A stretch of DNA of 64,000 nt from Candidatus Omnitrophota bacterium (GCA_050250375.1 JBFWOS010000003.1:209284-273283), one strand, 5' to 3'. Positions 40,070 through 49,306 are shown, counted from the first letter of the stretch. Notes: generated by a model not told the origin, from the letters alone. Program-made: numbers and translations.

Positions 40070-41146
40070 TTATTCGTCGAATAACATCAACTGTTTGTTA
40101 GGCCTACGGAAAGAGCCGCTGGATAAACCGGCAGAATGTCTGTCCAATTTATACCGCCGGCTGTACAGTTTGAAGATTGAATGAACTTGTTCGGCGTAAA
40201 TCCCTGTACCGCTCATCCGGGTATGAAAGTCGGGATCATTCAATTTTCCCGAGCGGACAGACCTGATCCGGTTCAGGACCTTCTCTTTCTTCTCAGGAAA
40301 ATGATTTCCCAGCCATTCTTCAAACAGCACCTTAACCGAATAAGGCAGCCTGAGCATGACAAAATGGGACGAGGCTGCTCCAGCCTCAGCCGCTTCTCGA
40401 AGAATGGCCGGCAGTTCCTCGTCCGTCAACCCCGGAATAACCGGCCCGATCAGGACACCAACCGGTACCCCCGCCCGGTTCAAGGCCTGAATCGCCTTTA
40501 ACCGGTCACAGGGATGCGACGCCCGTGGCTCCATCTTTGATGAAAGTTTAGAGTCCAGGGTTGTGACGGAAACAAAAACCTGAACGGCCCTGTACAGACT
40601 TAAGATTTTCAATAAATCAATGTCACGCTCAATTAACCGGTTCTTGGTGATCATCGCCACCGGATTACGGAATTCAGCCATGACCTCCAGGCATTGGCGG
40701 GTAATCTTTAACTTCCTTTCAACAGGCTGATAAACATCGGTGTTTCCGGAAAACGCGATAACCTGCGGTTGATAACGGGGAGACATCAGTTCTTTACGCA
40801 AAATCTCAGCGGCCTCCAACTTAACCAGAATCCTTGTTTCAAAGTCCAGCCCGCTGGAGAAACCGAGATATTCATGGGAGGGCCGGGCGAAACAATAAAT
40901 ACAGCCGTGTTCACACCCGCGGTAAGGATTTATACCGGCCTTAAAACCCACATCCGGGCTGTCGTTATAAGTAATCAGGGACTTGGTTGTATCGTGGAGA
41001 TAAACAGTCTTTGGTTTTAGCCGGTCCGCGGGGTCGGATTCCGGATCAGCTTCAATATGGATGGTCTCAAAACGATTGGCCGGGTTGGTTAACGCTCCCC
41101 GCCCTTTCCAATAATGTTGGTCGCTCATAATTTTGCATACTACCAC
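40070..41146 (-). CDS. PA0069/Rv2578c-type radical SAM protein (spore photoproduct lyase-like)
   Basis: GRGALTNPANRF, NPYRGCEHGCIYCFARPSHEYL, NTDVYQP, MEPRA; ends KQLMLFDE. Confidence 0.9.
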   Translation of the reverse strand: MVVCKIMSDQHYWKGRGALTNPANRFETIHIEADPESDPADRLKPKTVYLHDTTKSLITYNDSPDVGFKAGINPYRGCEHGCIYCFARPSHEYLGFSSGLDFETRILVKLEAAEILRKELMSPRYQPQVIAFSGNTDVYQPVERKLKITRQCLEVMAEFRNPVAMITKNRLIERDIDLLKILSLYRAVQVFVSVTTLDSKLSSKMEPRASHPCDRLKAIQALNRAGVPVGVLIGPVIPGLTDEELPAILREAAEAGAASSHFVMLRLPYSVKVLFEEWLGNHFPEKKEKVLNRIRSVRSGKLNDPDFHTRMSGTGIYAEQVHSIFKLYSRRYKLDRHSAGLSSGSFRRPNKQLMLFDE

Positions 41147-41202
41147 ACATATGTATGCAATTCAATGCCTATTATTCGACTGCCGTGACGTTGCCCCCCC
41201 TA

Positions 41203-41562
41203 TTAGTGATCCCGGTGAACAGTGTTTGGTGAAAATGCCGGTAGACAAACGGCCACATACTGGGCACCTTCATCCGGCGTACTGTATTGGACCCATTCCC
41301 CTTTATAGGTGATGATGGCTTGGCCGGCTTTAACCTTAAATTCCTTTTCTTTTGTCTTGATGTTCAGACTCCCGGAAAGAACCAGCGTATATTCGTCAAA
41401 CTCAGGTGTTTGCCCCGGTTCAACCCATCCTTTCGGGCTGTCCATCTGGGCGATGCTGGTTTGTTCGGTCTTGGAATTAACCCGGCCGACAAATTCCTTG
41501 ATAATTTTGGGTTTATTCCCGGCCGCCTCAATTTTGGTAGGTTTTTCAATAAATTTTGGCAT
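41203..41562 (-). CDS. Cupin domain protein
   Basis: GWVEPGQTPEFDEYTLVLSG, GEWVQYSTP, PAFSP. Confidence 0.85.
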   Translation of the reverse strand: MPKFIEKPTKIEAAGNKPKIIKEFVGRVNSKTEQTSIAQMDSPKGWVEPGQTPEFDEYTLVLSGSLNIKTKEKEFKVKAGQAIITYKGEWVQYSTPDEGAQYVAVCLPAFSPNTVHRDH

Positions 41563-41610
41563 ATAATCTCCGTTCACTTTCTCCAGTTGCATTTAAAAAG
41601 TATTCTGAAA

Positions 41611-42093
41611 CTATTGGGAACTCTCTACCTCACCGTAAGGTCCTTTATAAATCTCACGGATATTATTCAAATTAACCCACTGGTCGGGGGTTAAAACATC
41701 TTTCAAATTCAGATAGGCCATTGCCTGGGCCTTGGCTTTTGTTTTTTCTAATTCAGATTTCTGGTCGATCAGGTCAAGGACAGTCTTACTATCGGTTGTA
41801 TCCTGGGACAGGACAGACCGCAATTCAATATTAATCACCTCAATCTTGGCATCCAGCAGAACCATTTCCTTTTCCAGATTAATTTTCAGGGCTTCAATTT
41901 TGTTGGTCTGTTTAAGATTTAAGCCCAGAGCCTCTTTGTTTTTAAGAATACGCCGCTGCTTCTGAACAAACTTATCACTGATATAATCCTGCGATTGATT
42001 ACCGTAGCTGATCGCATGGGCGGTTCCGACCGGATTGATTATACCCAAACTTAAGACTCCCCCTAAAACCAGAATAAATGTTTTTGGCTGCAT
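41611..42093 (-). CDS. Spy/CpxP-like periplasmic helical protein
   Basis: Signal peptide; LGLNLKQ and VLTPDQ (LTxxQ) motifs. Confidence 0.7.
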   Translation of the reverse strand: MQPKTFILVLGGVLSLGIINPVGTAHAISYGNQSQDYISDKFVQKQRRILKNKEALGLNLKQTNKIEALKINLEKEMVLLDAKIEVINIELRSVLSQDTTDSKTVLDLIDQKSELEKTKAKAQAMAYLNLKDVLTPDQWVNLNNIREIYKGPYGEVESSQ

Positions 42094-42197
42094 AATGTCC
42101 CCCTTCCCTTGTTCGTCATTCCCTTTTAAAGGCCGTTATTTGAACTTTATTTTAATACAAATTTTATATTCTGCCGAATATATTTCCGGTTCCCGGA

Positions 42198-43772
42198 TTA
42201 AAATAAATTGATCTGCTGTTCCTGTTTCTTGACTCGGCGCTGTTTTAATAAATTGTGTTCATAGTTTTTTAATTCTTCCTCGATGTCCGCCAGAAAGACC
42301 GACGGTTCCGTGGTGTATGTCTTTCCAAACAAGGTCCTGCGGCGGCTGCGCAAAAGATAAAGCCATTGTTTGGCCCGGGTCATCCCGACGTAGAATAACC
42401 GCCGTTCTTCCCTGGTGTCTGACGTCAGCCCTTCCAGGTCAAGGGGTAAGAGTTTCTGCTCACACCCGATGATAAAAACAACCGGGAATTCCAGTCCCTT
42501 GGACGCGTGCAGGGTCATCAGCGAAATCTTTTCACAGTCAATATCCATTTCTTCCCCGGTAAGCGGACCGGCTTCATCCTCGTCTTCCGGCTTTGTTTTC
42601 ACCGCTACATTATATGGAAAGCCGATCCGGTCCAGCGCCTGCCTTACGGCATATTGCTGACTGTTCAAACGGTACAAGATCGCGATATCCCCGAAAGAAA
42701 CCTGCGCCTTTTCAAAGGCTGAAACCCGTCCGGAATCCTGCGAAAACAACGACCCCCCGCCGATCATCTTTTCAATCTGGTGGACCATATATTCCGCCTC
42801 GGCCTTCTGGGTCGCGGCCTCATGAATGACCAGCCGGTCCTGAATATAAAGTTGGGCTGTCAGCGGCGGAACCTGGAATAAATTCTCACCGGCGATAATC
42901 TGGCCGGCGGCGGTTAGCAGTTTCTCGCCCGACCGGTAATTGTCGGAAAGGGTTAACACGCGGGCGCCTTTAAAGTCCTGTTCAAATTCTTTGAAAAAAT
43001 TGACGTCAGATCCGCGGAAGCTGTATATCGCCTGGTTCGGGTCTCCGATGGCCGTGATGTAATTCTGATCCGTAATCAGCAAAGTCAATAACGCGTGCTG
43101 AACCCTGTTGATGTCTTGATATTCGTCTACAAAAATATACCGGAATTTTCTCCGGGCCTGATCCAGTATTTCCTGGTGCGACGCAAAAAGTTTATAGGCC
43201 TCCATCAGCAGGCTGTCAAAATCAATCAGCCCTTTTGACTTTAGCCGCTGATCGTATTCAGCTACCTCCCCCGGCATATCGGCGTCCAGGAAACCGCCGG
43301 ATTTCCATTTGGAAATCCCGTTGATCCGGTCATTGATCCCGCGGGGCGATAAACCCGGCCATATTTCCTTTAATAAAACTTTAATCTGTCCTGGATCAGC
43401 GGGTTCAAGGTTTTCAAAACCTGGGATAAAAGAAGTATGTTCTTTTAAAGTTTTAAGACAAAACTGGTGAAAGGTCCCGGCTTCAATATTCGTTAACCGT
43501 CCGCACCGCTTCTGTAACCGGTCGCGCATTTCCTGCGCGGCCTTTCGGGTAAATGTGATGGCGAGGATTCGTTCGTGCGGTTCGATTTCATCGGCCAACC
43601 GGGCGATCCGGCAAGTCAGTGTGTGTGTCTTTCCGGTCCCGGGTCCGGCGATGATGAGCAGGTGGCCGCCTTGGTGGTCGACGGCTTTTAGCTGTGACGG
43701 ATTAAGACCGTCGCCGCGCTCAAGGGTTGGGTTCCCCGGCTGATTGATATTGTTGATAGGCAATTTGTCCAT
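42198..43772 (-). CDS. UvrD/Rep (SF1A) DNA helicase, short form
   Basis: AGPGTGKT, ITFTRKAA, VDEYQD, GDPNQAIYSFRG, NYRS, TLHASKGLEF, EERRLFYVGMTRA; ends QQINLF. Confidence 0.92.
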   Translation of the reverse strand: MDKLPINNINQPGNPTLERGDGLNPSQLKAVDHQGGHLLIIAGPGTGKTHTLTCRIARLADEIEPHERILAITFTRKAAQEMRDRLQKRCGRLTNIEAGTFHQFCLKTLKEHTSFIPGFENLEPADPGQIKVLLKEIWPGLSPRGINDRINGISKWKSGGFLDADMPGEVAEYDQRLKSKGLIDFDSLLMEAYKLFASHQEILDQARRKFRYIFVDEYQDINRVQHALLTLLITDQNYITAIGDPNQAIYSFRGSDVNFFKEFEQDFKGARVLTLSDNYRSGEKLLTAAGQIIAGENLFQVPPLTAQLYIQDRLVIHEAATQKAEAEYMVHQIEKMIGGGSLFSQDSGRVSAFEKAQVSFGDIAILYRLNSQQYAVRQALDRIGFPYNVAVKTKPEDEDEAGPLTGEEMDIDCEKISLMTLHASKGLEFPVVFIIGCEQKLLPLDLEGLTSDTREERRLFYVGMTRAKQWLYLLRSRRRTLFGKTYTTEPSVFLADIEEELKNYEHNLLKQRRVKKQEQQINLF

Positions 43773-44250
43773 CGTGAATCATTTCTTTGGCAATAATTTT
43801 TTCCTGCTCGACATCAATAATAAAATAACTCCCGAGAATTCTTCCCCACCATACCGAGACGTAAACCAGTTTTTCATTGATCCATTCAACCTGCGGCATC
43901 CATTGATTATGGTCTTTGATTTCCACCACCAGCACCGATCCGCGTTCATGATCAATATAAATCCGGGTGTTCCAGGGGCCTTCTCTTGAAAAATCAGGCG
44001 GAACGGTCACTAACCTGTACGCCCCATTCGGCGACCAAACCGGCTCCGCCGCAGATTCCGGCCAGCGGCCTGTCCTGATGACAACCCGATCCTCGAATGC
44101 AGTCTGAAACTCAGAATGAAAAATCCTTGGATTTTCCCATCGGTCCGGCGGAGTGTGCCAGGCCGTCAAACAACTCTGCCTTATCTGACAAGCCGTTAAG
44201 ATCGGAATGACCGCAATTAAAAAATAAAAACGACCCGGACGGATAATCAT
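43720..44250 (-). CDS. Hypothetical lipoprotein
   Basis: Lipobox ILTAC; beta-rich sequence (VWSPNG); fits tightly between neighbours. Confidence 0.65.
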   Translation of the reverse strand: MIIRPGRFYFLIAVIPILTACQIRQSCLTAWHTPPDRWENPRIFHSEFQTAFEDRVVIRTGRWPESAAEPVWSPNGAYRLVTVPPDFSREGPWNTRIYIDHERGSVLVVEIKDHNQWMPQVEWINEKLVYVSVWWGRILGSYFIIDVEQEKIIAKEMIHDGQIAYQQYQSAGEPNP

Positions 44251-44260
44251 ACAGGATTGA

Positions 44261-45556
44261 TTAAAAAAGGGTTAACTGTTCTTTCTCAAGGATCTGTTCT
44301 TTTTCCTGGCTTGAAAAAATCTTGATCTTCCCGTATTCACCGTCATAACCGGAAGCGATCTGGACTTCTCCTTTACGCATACGGCCGATCCCTTCTGCCA
44401 AAAGCGCCCCTGCCGCCTTGCGGATTTCATCAAGCGGACAATCCAGAAGAATAAACAATTCATTCCCCAGCCGGGCCAGCATCTCCTGATAAATCATCAG
44501 GACCTTCTTGCTGCCGGGACCCACGTCATTGGCTTCCCCGATAATTTCAACCAACGGAACCAGGCTGAAAAAAGGCCGCGCGTTCGGCGACTTGCGGCCT
44601 TGCGGATGATCAGCGAGCTCTTCAACACGGGCCATGACTCCGACGGTCACCGGTTTACCGCAGACCGGGCAGGCCCCGTTATTTTCAATCGTCTGCCGGG
44701 GATGCAGACGGGTCTTGCACAAACGATGCCCGTCATAATGATATTTTCCTTCTTCCGGAAAAAACTCAATCGTTCCGGCCAAACCTTTATCCGTCCGGTG
44801 ATTCTTTAAAGCGTTATAAATCGCCGGATAAGAAAGATCAGTGTTATAAATGGTTGCCTCCCGGCCCAACTTCTGCGGGGAATGCGCGTCGCCGTTTGAG
44901 ACTAATACATAGGGATCCAGTTGACTCAGCCGCCAGTTCATCAAAGGATCGGAAGACAGCCCTGTTTCCAGTGCAAAAATATGTTCCGTCAAATCCCCGA
45001 AACAATCCTCCATCCGGTCGAATCCGCCTTTGGATCCAAGCGCGGAGAACCAGGGCGTCCAGATGTGCGCCGGGATCAAATAGCTGAGCGGATCGGATTC
45101 AAGAACGATTTCCAGCAAGTCACGCGAATCCAGCCCCAGGATCGGCCTTCCGTCGGAACGCAGGTTTCCGATCTTTCCCAGGCGCTGGCGTATTTTATCC
45201 GCCGCCTCAAAAGAAGGAGCAAAGACACAGTTGTGGACCTTGCGGACTTTATCCAGACGTTTGTAAATGTTGGAAATCTCAACGGTGAGCATGAAACGGA
45301 CATCCCCCGCGCAGGCTTTGGGCAATTCATCCCGGGTGACATCGCGGAATTCTTTTTTCAGACGGAACAATCCCTCTTCAGCAGGTTCGAGTTTTTTCTT
45401 TAATTCTTCAAACCACGCCGGATGGGTAAAATCCCCGGTCCCGATGACCTGGATACCTTTTAATTGTCCCCAAAGATTTAAATATTCTAGATTAAGATTT
45501 TTGCTGGTCGCGCGGGAATAGTAGGAATGCAGATGGACATCGGCATAAAATTTCAT
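44261..45556 (-). CDS. Endonuclease Q family protein (PHP + zinc domain)
   Basis: ADVHLHSYYSRATS, GTGDFTHP, PAHIWTPW, ETGLSSD, DAHS, GKYHYDGHRLC..CPVCG, GYDGEYG; ends EQLTLF. Confidence 0.9.
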   Translation of the reverse strand: MKFYADVHLHSYYSRATSKNLNLEYLNLWGQLKGIQVIGTGDFTHPAWFEELKKKLEPAEEGLFRLKKEFRDVTRDELPKACAGDVRFMLTVEISNIYKRLDKVRKVHNCVFAPSFEAADKIRQRLGKIGNLRSDGRPILGLDSRDLLEIVLESDPLSYLIPAHIWTPWFSALGSKGGFDRMEDCFGDLTEHIFALETGLSSDPLMNWRLSQLDPYVLVSNGDAHSPQKLGREATIYNTDLSYPAIYNALKNHRTDKGLAGTIEFFPEEGKYHYDGHRLCKTRLHPRQTIENNGACPVCGKPVTVGVMARVEELADHPQGRKSPNARPFFSLVPLVEIIGEANDVGPGSKKVLMIYQEMLARLGNELFILLDCPLDEIRKAAGALLAEGIGRMRKGEVQIASGYDGEYGKIKIFSSQEKEQILEKEQLTLF

Positions 45557-45625
45557 ACATGAATATTAACAAAACAACCAAACCTTTTCAATCGTTAATT
45601 CCGGCAGGATTATATTTGAAAGGAC

Positions 45626-45660
45626 AAAAAAAGCCCCTGGTTTCCACCAGGGGCTTTTTT
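45626..45660. terminator. Intrinsic terminator after the PEP-CTERM gene
   Basis: A-tract-GCCCCTGG-TTTCCA-CCAGGGGC-T-tract; symmetric. Confidence 0.85.
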
Positions 45661-45681
45661 GATTTTCATTAAAAGTGTAAA

Positions 45682-46368
45682 TTAACTTCGTTTTCTTCTT
45701 AAAAAGGCACCGGCCAAACCAGATGAGAATAAGAGAACAGATGCCGGTTCCGGAACAGTACATCCTCCCTGCTCACAACCACCGCCGGTATGAGGGACCT
45801 TGTCGCTCCCGTCATCTTCAAAACCTCTGAAACGCACGACGAAACTTTTAACACCTTCGCCATCTCCCGGGCCGACTGAATATGTATCAAAAAATGTTTG
45901 TTCTAACAAAGTATCCAGGTTATTTCCGGTTAACGAAAATGTAAACGTTTCAGTAACTCCCACGCCGATCCCGGCCTGTGGAGCTCCACCTCCGGTATAA
46001 CCGCCCCCTGTGCTGACGCCGATATCAAACTGTCCGTTTGATGCGCCATTGACACCGTTATTATTAAAAGGTGAACCGATCAAGGCAAAATCAGCATCAG
46101 AAGGATTTAACGTTATTCCTGTAATTAAATTGGAAGGATTGTTAAACGCAAAGGCCGTAATATACCCCCCATTGAGCACCGGGCTGGTATTGGTCAAAGA
46201 TATATCAATCGTAGCCGTGGTTGAATTAGTGGCCGTATATTCAAACGAACCGGAAAATGAACCTAAACTCCCGCTTCCTGATAAAAATATCAATGCCTCG
46301 CTCTTGGATGGATTCCATCCCATCACCACAAAAACCATTACCAAAATTCCAAATAATTTTCTCCCCAT
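45682..46368 (-). CDS. PEP-CTERM sorting domain protein
   Basis: Signal peptide, Gly/Ser/Thr/Asn-rich body, VPEPASVLLFSSGLAGAFLRRKRS. Confidence 0.93.
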   Translation of the reverse strand: MGRKLFGILVMVFVVMGWNPSKSEALIFLSGSGSLGSFSGSFEYTATNSTTATIDISLTNTSPVLNGGYITAFAFNNPSNLITGITLNPSDADFALIGSPFNNNGVNGASNGQFDIGVSTGGGYTGGGAPQAGIGVGVTETFTFSLTGNNLDTLLEQTFFDTYSVGPGDGEGVKSFVVRFRGFEDDGSDKVPHTGGGCEQGGCTVPEPASVLLFSSGLAGAFLRRKRS

Positions 46369-46427
46369 CGCCGTTCACTCTCCCTAAAAATAAATTGTTA
46401 TTTTATATATTTTACAAATGTGTGTAA

Positions 46428-46456
46428 AGTATATGCGCTGATATTTGTTCTGTCAA
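46428..46456 (-). promoter_or_regulatory. sigma70-type promoter of the PEP-CTERM gene
   Basis: TTGACA-N17-TATACT. Confidence 0.7.
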
Positions 46457-46459
46457 TAT

Positions 46460-46520
46460 GACGAACTCGGACATTATGGTACAAGATGGGACAAGATAAG
46501 ACATGCTGTGCTGACAAGAT
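46460..46520. repeat. 10-bp-phased direct repeat array abutting the -35 box
   Basis: Consecutive 10-mers acgaactcgg / acattatggt / acaagatggg / acaagataag / acatgctgtg, then gacaagat. Confidence 0.7.
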
Positions 46521-46603
46521 GTTTGTCTTAACTTATTGGAATAATTGGAGATAAAATCTATATTCTTAAATATATATGTTGTTATAATCAATTCCTGTCT
46601 GGA

Positions 46604-48118
46604 TCAGGATTTAATCCAGGCAACAAGCAAATACCAATAAACATTATCCCCGCCGATCATCCCTGGCGGTAAATTATCAGCCGCATCCGGCACCTGAAAT
46701 ATAGCCGGTACGTTGGTTCCCATATCGAAATAATTCGACACAATAGTGCCCATAATATCGGTCTGCTTTTCCACTCTGACCTGTCCTTCCGCATAAAACA
46801 GTCCCATAACATCTATACCGGCCTCATTAAAACCAATATTGTTGGGCGTCATAATACCCAGAATATTATTTGGAAAAGAATTATTCCCGCTGGTAACCAA
46901 GTCGACATTAACTTGCGCACTGCCCGTAACCAGAATCGAACCAGTTCCGGTATATGTGATCGTCTTGTTTGCTCCGGTTTTAGACATATTCAGATTATTC
47001 CCTCCGTCAATATATACGACCCCTGAAACATTAAGATTCCCACTGCCGTCCATACTGATACTTCCGCTTCCATTGGAATAAGTAAAAGAACTGCTCGGTT
47101 GAATATTATTTAATTCTGTCGTTAAAACCAGTGAATTGTTACGTAAATAGTCCTGATAAGAAGTATATCCTGGATAAGGATCGGAAAGCCTCGGGAACTG
47201 GACCGTATCTCCCAGGTCATATTCATTGTTTGTCCCGTTATCCGAATGAACACTGGCTGCTCCCTGGTTCCCGCCCCAGCCGTCCGTCACAAACACCCCA
47301 TCGACGGTTTCTTTTCTCCCATTGGCATCAATATTGGCTTCGCCCACCGTTGATGAACCGCTGAGACCTACCAGACCTTTTTTTACCCTCAGTTCCGCTC
47401 CCAAAGTTTCAACCGTATCGCCATTAATCACGGTAGTCGGCAAGGCCGGCACTTTAGCTTTAAGTGCCGCGTCAACACCGTTGTAATTATTACCCACTAT
47501 TTCCGCTGTTCCGCCCAAATCAATCGCGTAATCACCCGGGTTCAAACCCGATCCCAGAATATGCACAGAACCGCGGATATCCACATTTCCGTTGACCATC
47601 GTCCCCGAAGCTCCTGAACCGGCAAAAATCGCGTTATCCCACGGTGACAGATTGATCATTTTCACATAAACCACAATCGTGTGGGAAACATCGTTGACCG
47701 TCCCGACAGAACGGATCCAGACGTGTTCATTACTCGCCACATTTTTTAGGCTGACGGTGTACGAACCTCCATTAATCGTGTTATTGGGAGATTGACCGGA
47801 ATAGGGTATCGTATAAAAACTGGCGGTATTCGGCCCGATCGTAAAACCATTGATATCCCCGTCCGCCCAGCTCGGGTTAAGAGACCCCACAAAATCCTGT
47901 CGCAGGTCATACAAAGCCCGTTCAATCCCGGCTTCCGCCACATGAAAAGCGATCGTCGTCAACCGCTGACGTTCTGAGACTTTTGCTTCATTCGTGCTGT
48001 ACAGCACAAACGCGGAACCTGCTCCCAGCAAGACAAATATCACAAAATAAGTGATCAACAGCATGCTCCCCCTGTTATTCTGGAGTGAAAATTTCTGTCT
48101 TTCCTGGGTTCGTTTCAT
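46604..48118 (-). CDS. PilX-type N-terminal domain pilus assembly protein
   Basis: RG|SMLLITYFVIFVLL, AFHVAEAGIERAL; Gly/Asn-rich beta-helix-like C-terminus. Confidence 0.85.
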   Translation of the reverse strand: MKRTQERQKFSLQNNRGSMLLITYFVIFVLLGAGSAFVLYSTNEAKVSERQRLTTIAFHVAEAGIERALYDLRQDFVGSLNPSWADGDINGFTIGPNTASFYTIPYSGQSPNNTINGGSYTVSLKNVASNEHVWIRSVGTVNDVSHTIVVYVKMINLSPWDNAIFAGSGASGTMVNGNVDIRGSVHILGSGLNPGDYAIDLGGTAEIVGNNYNGVDAALKAKVPALPTTVINGDTVETLGAELRVKKGLVGLSGSSTVGEANIDANGRKETVDGVFVTDGWGGNQGAASVHSDNGTNNEYDLGDTVQFPRLSDPYPGYTSYQDYLRNNSLVLTTELNNIQPSSSFTYSNGSGSISMDGSGNLNVSGVVYIDGGNNLNMSKTGANKTITYTGTGSILVTGSAQVNVDLVTSGNNSFPNNILGIMTPNNIGFNEAGIDVMGLFYAEGQVRVEKQTDIMGTIVSNYFDMGTNVPAIFQVPDAADNLPPGMIGGDNVYWYLLVAWIKS

Positions 48119-48121
48119 AAA

Positions 48122-48673
48122 TTAATTCCTTAATTGAACATTAAAATTGAGGTTATAAATGATGGGTAAACCTTTTAACGTGTTTTTTTGAGCTTGGAGC
48201 ATAACCTCTAACTTCTTCGGAGAGGTCGTGAGACGTCTAAATTGAAGCGAAGTAATATTGTTACTCACAATTTTTGTTTGAACTCCGTAAATGCGCTGCA
48301 GTTGCACGGTCCCCGGCCCGGCCCGGAGAAACTGCAAAGTACTGTCGGTCCAGTCAATGGATCCGGCGACGACCCCCTCGGGTATCCTGAACGTAATCGA
48401 ATTGTACCAATTCCCGTTAGCAGGCACGTCAATAATAGAAGAAGATCCGGCCTGCCGTAAATCATTAACCATGGCGTCCATGGATTTGCGCAATTCCTGC
48501 TGAAGTTCAACCTGAACGCGGTTGACTTGCCATGAATTGTCACCCACCGTGGCTATCGAATAAAACCCGGCGACCAGTACGCTGAAAATAAGAACAACAA
48601 CCAGCGTTTCAACCAAAGTCGTTCCGCGATTTCTGCGGATCATGCGGCTGACTTTACCTATTTTGTTTTTCAT
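48122..48673 (-). CDS. Prepilin-type minor pilin (PilW-like)
   Basis: RG|TTLVETLVVVLIFSVL; ends VQLRN. Confidence 0.85.
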   Translation of the reverse strand: MKNKIGKVSRMIRRNRGTTLVETLVVVLIFSVLVAGFYSIATVGDNSWQVNRVQVELQQELRKSMDAMVNDLRQAGSSSIIDVPANGNWYNSITFRIPEGVVAGSIDWTDSTLQFLRAGPGTVQLQRIYGVQTKIVSNNITSLQFRRLTTSPKKLEVMLQAQKNTLKGLPIIYNLNFNVQLRN

Positions 48674-48680
48674 AAATCAC

Positions 48681-49133
48681 CTACCGTCGTGTAACGTAAC
48701 TGATTAATTCGATGCTGGAATCAATCTTCCCATTACTATTTATATCTTCTCCAGCATCAAGCAACCCGTCCAAATCCTGGTCTTCTCCGATTATACGGTT
48801 ATATTTATTCAACCAACTGACAACAATCTCAACCGTTAATAATTCTGAATTGCTGGAATCAATGTAAACAACACCCTTACCATTAATCAGGGTCAAGTCA
48901 AAAGTAGCCGAGGTGTAGTCAGCAGCAATTAGATCGAAATCATGATTCCTGATTTCTTCCAGTTTGTTCTGCGCCTGGCTTAAAGCAATGGTCTTCCGGC
49001 CGGCGATATCAACCTGGGTCGAGGTAAAAATGAAAAGCCTGATCATGCCGGCAATGACCACCACCAGTATCGCGGCCACAAACATCAATTCCATCAATGT
49101 AAATCCTTGTTTATTATTCACTGTTATCTCCAA
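48681..49133 (-). CDS. Prepilin-type minor pilin (PilV-like) with Ca-binding-type loops
   Basis: QG|FTLMELMFVAAIL; EDQDLDGLLDAGEDINSNGKID. Confidence 0.85.
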   Translation of the reverse strand: MEITVNNKQGFTLMELMFVAAILVVVIAGMIRLFIFTSTQVDIAGRKTIALSQAQNKLEEIRNHDFDLIAADYTSATFDLTLINGKGVVYIDSSNSELLTVEIVVSWLNKYNRIIGEDQDLDGLLDAGEDINSNGKIDSSIELISYVTRR

Positions 49134-49134
49134 T

Positions 49135-49166
49135 AAAAAAGGCCTATCCTTTTATTTGGATAGACC
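49135..49166 (-). terminator. Riboswitch expression-platform terminator
   Basis: GGUCUAUCC-AAAUAAAA-GGAUAGGCC-U6. Confidence 0.8.
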
Positions 49167-49189
49167 TCAAAATACACAGTTGTCTGATA

Positions 49190-49270
49190 ATTTCGGCGGC
49201 CAGGCTATCCCAGTAGGATCCTTTAGCTTTGCGTCACCGGGTTGCCCCGGTTTTGCCTTTTCGGTACACC
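49190..49270 (-). promoter_or_regulatory. c-di-GMP-I (GEMM-I) riboswitch
   Basis: AAGGCAAAACCGGG-GCAA-CCCGGUGACGCAAAGCUAAAGGAUCCUACUGGGAUAGCCUGGCCGCCGAA: conserved GGCAAA..CC, GNRA loop, GACGCAAAGC, GAUAGC and 3' CCG; G at the G20-equivalent position. Confidence 0.88.
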
Positions 49271-49306
49271 TAAGTTAACTAAAATCAAGTATATCCTATA
49301 ATTTGC

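Noticed and set aside
45566-45890. ORFs 45566-45763 and 45699-45890, plus the many antisense ORFs in the track
   Set aside because: They overlap well-supported genes or terminators and have no RBS or motifs; treated as shadow ORFs.
49190-49270. 3',3'-cGAMP-sensing GEMM-Ib variant
   Set aside because: The position equivalent to nucleotide 20 is G, not A, consistent with c-di-GMP.
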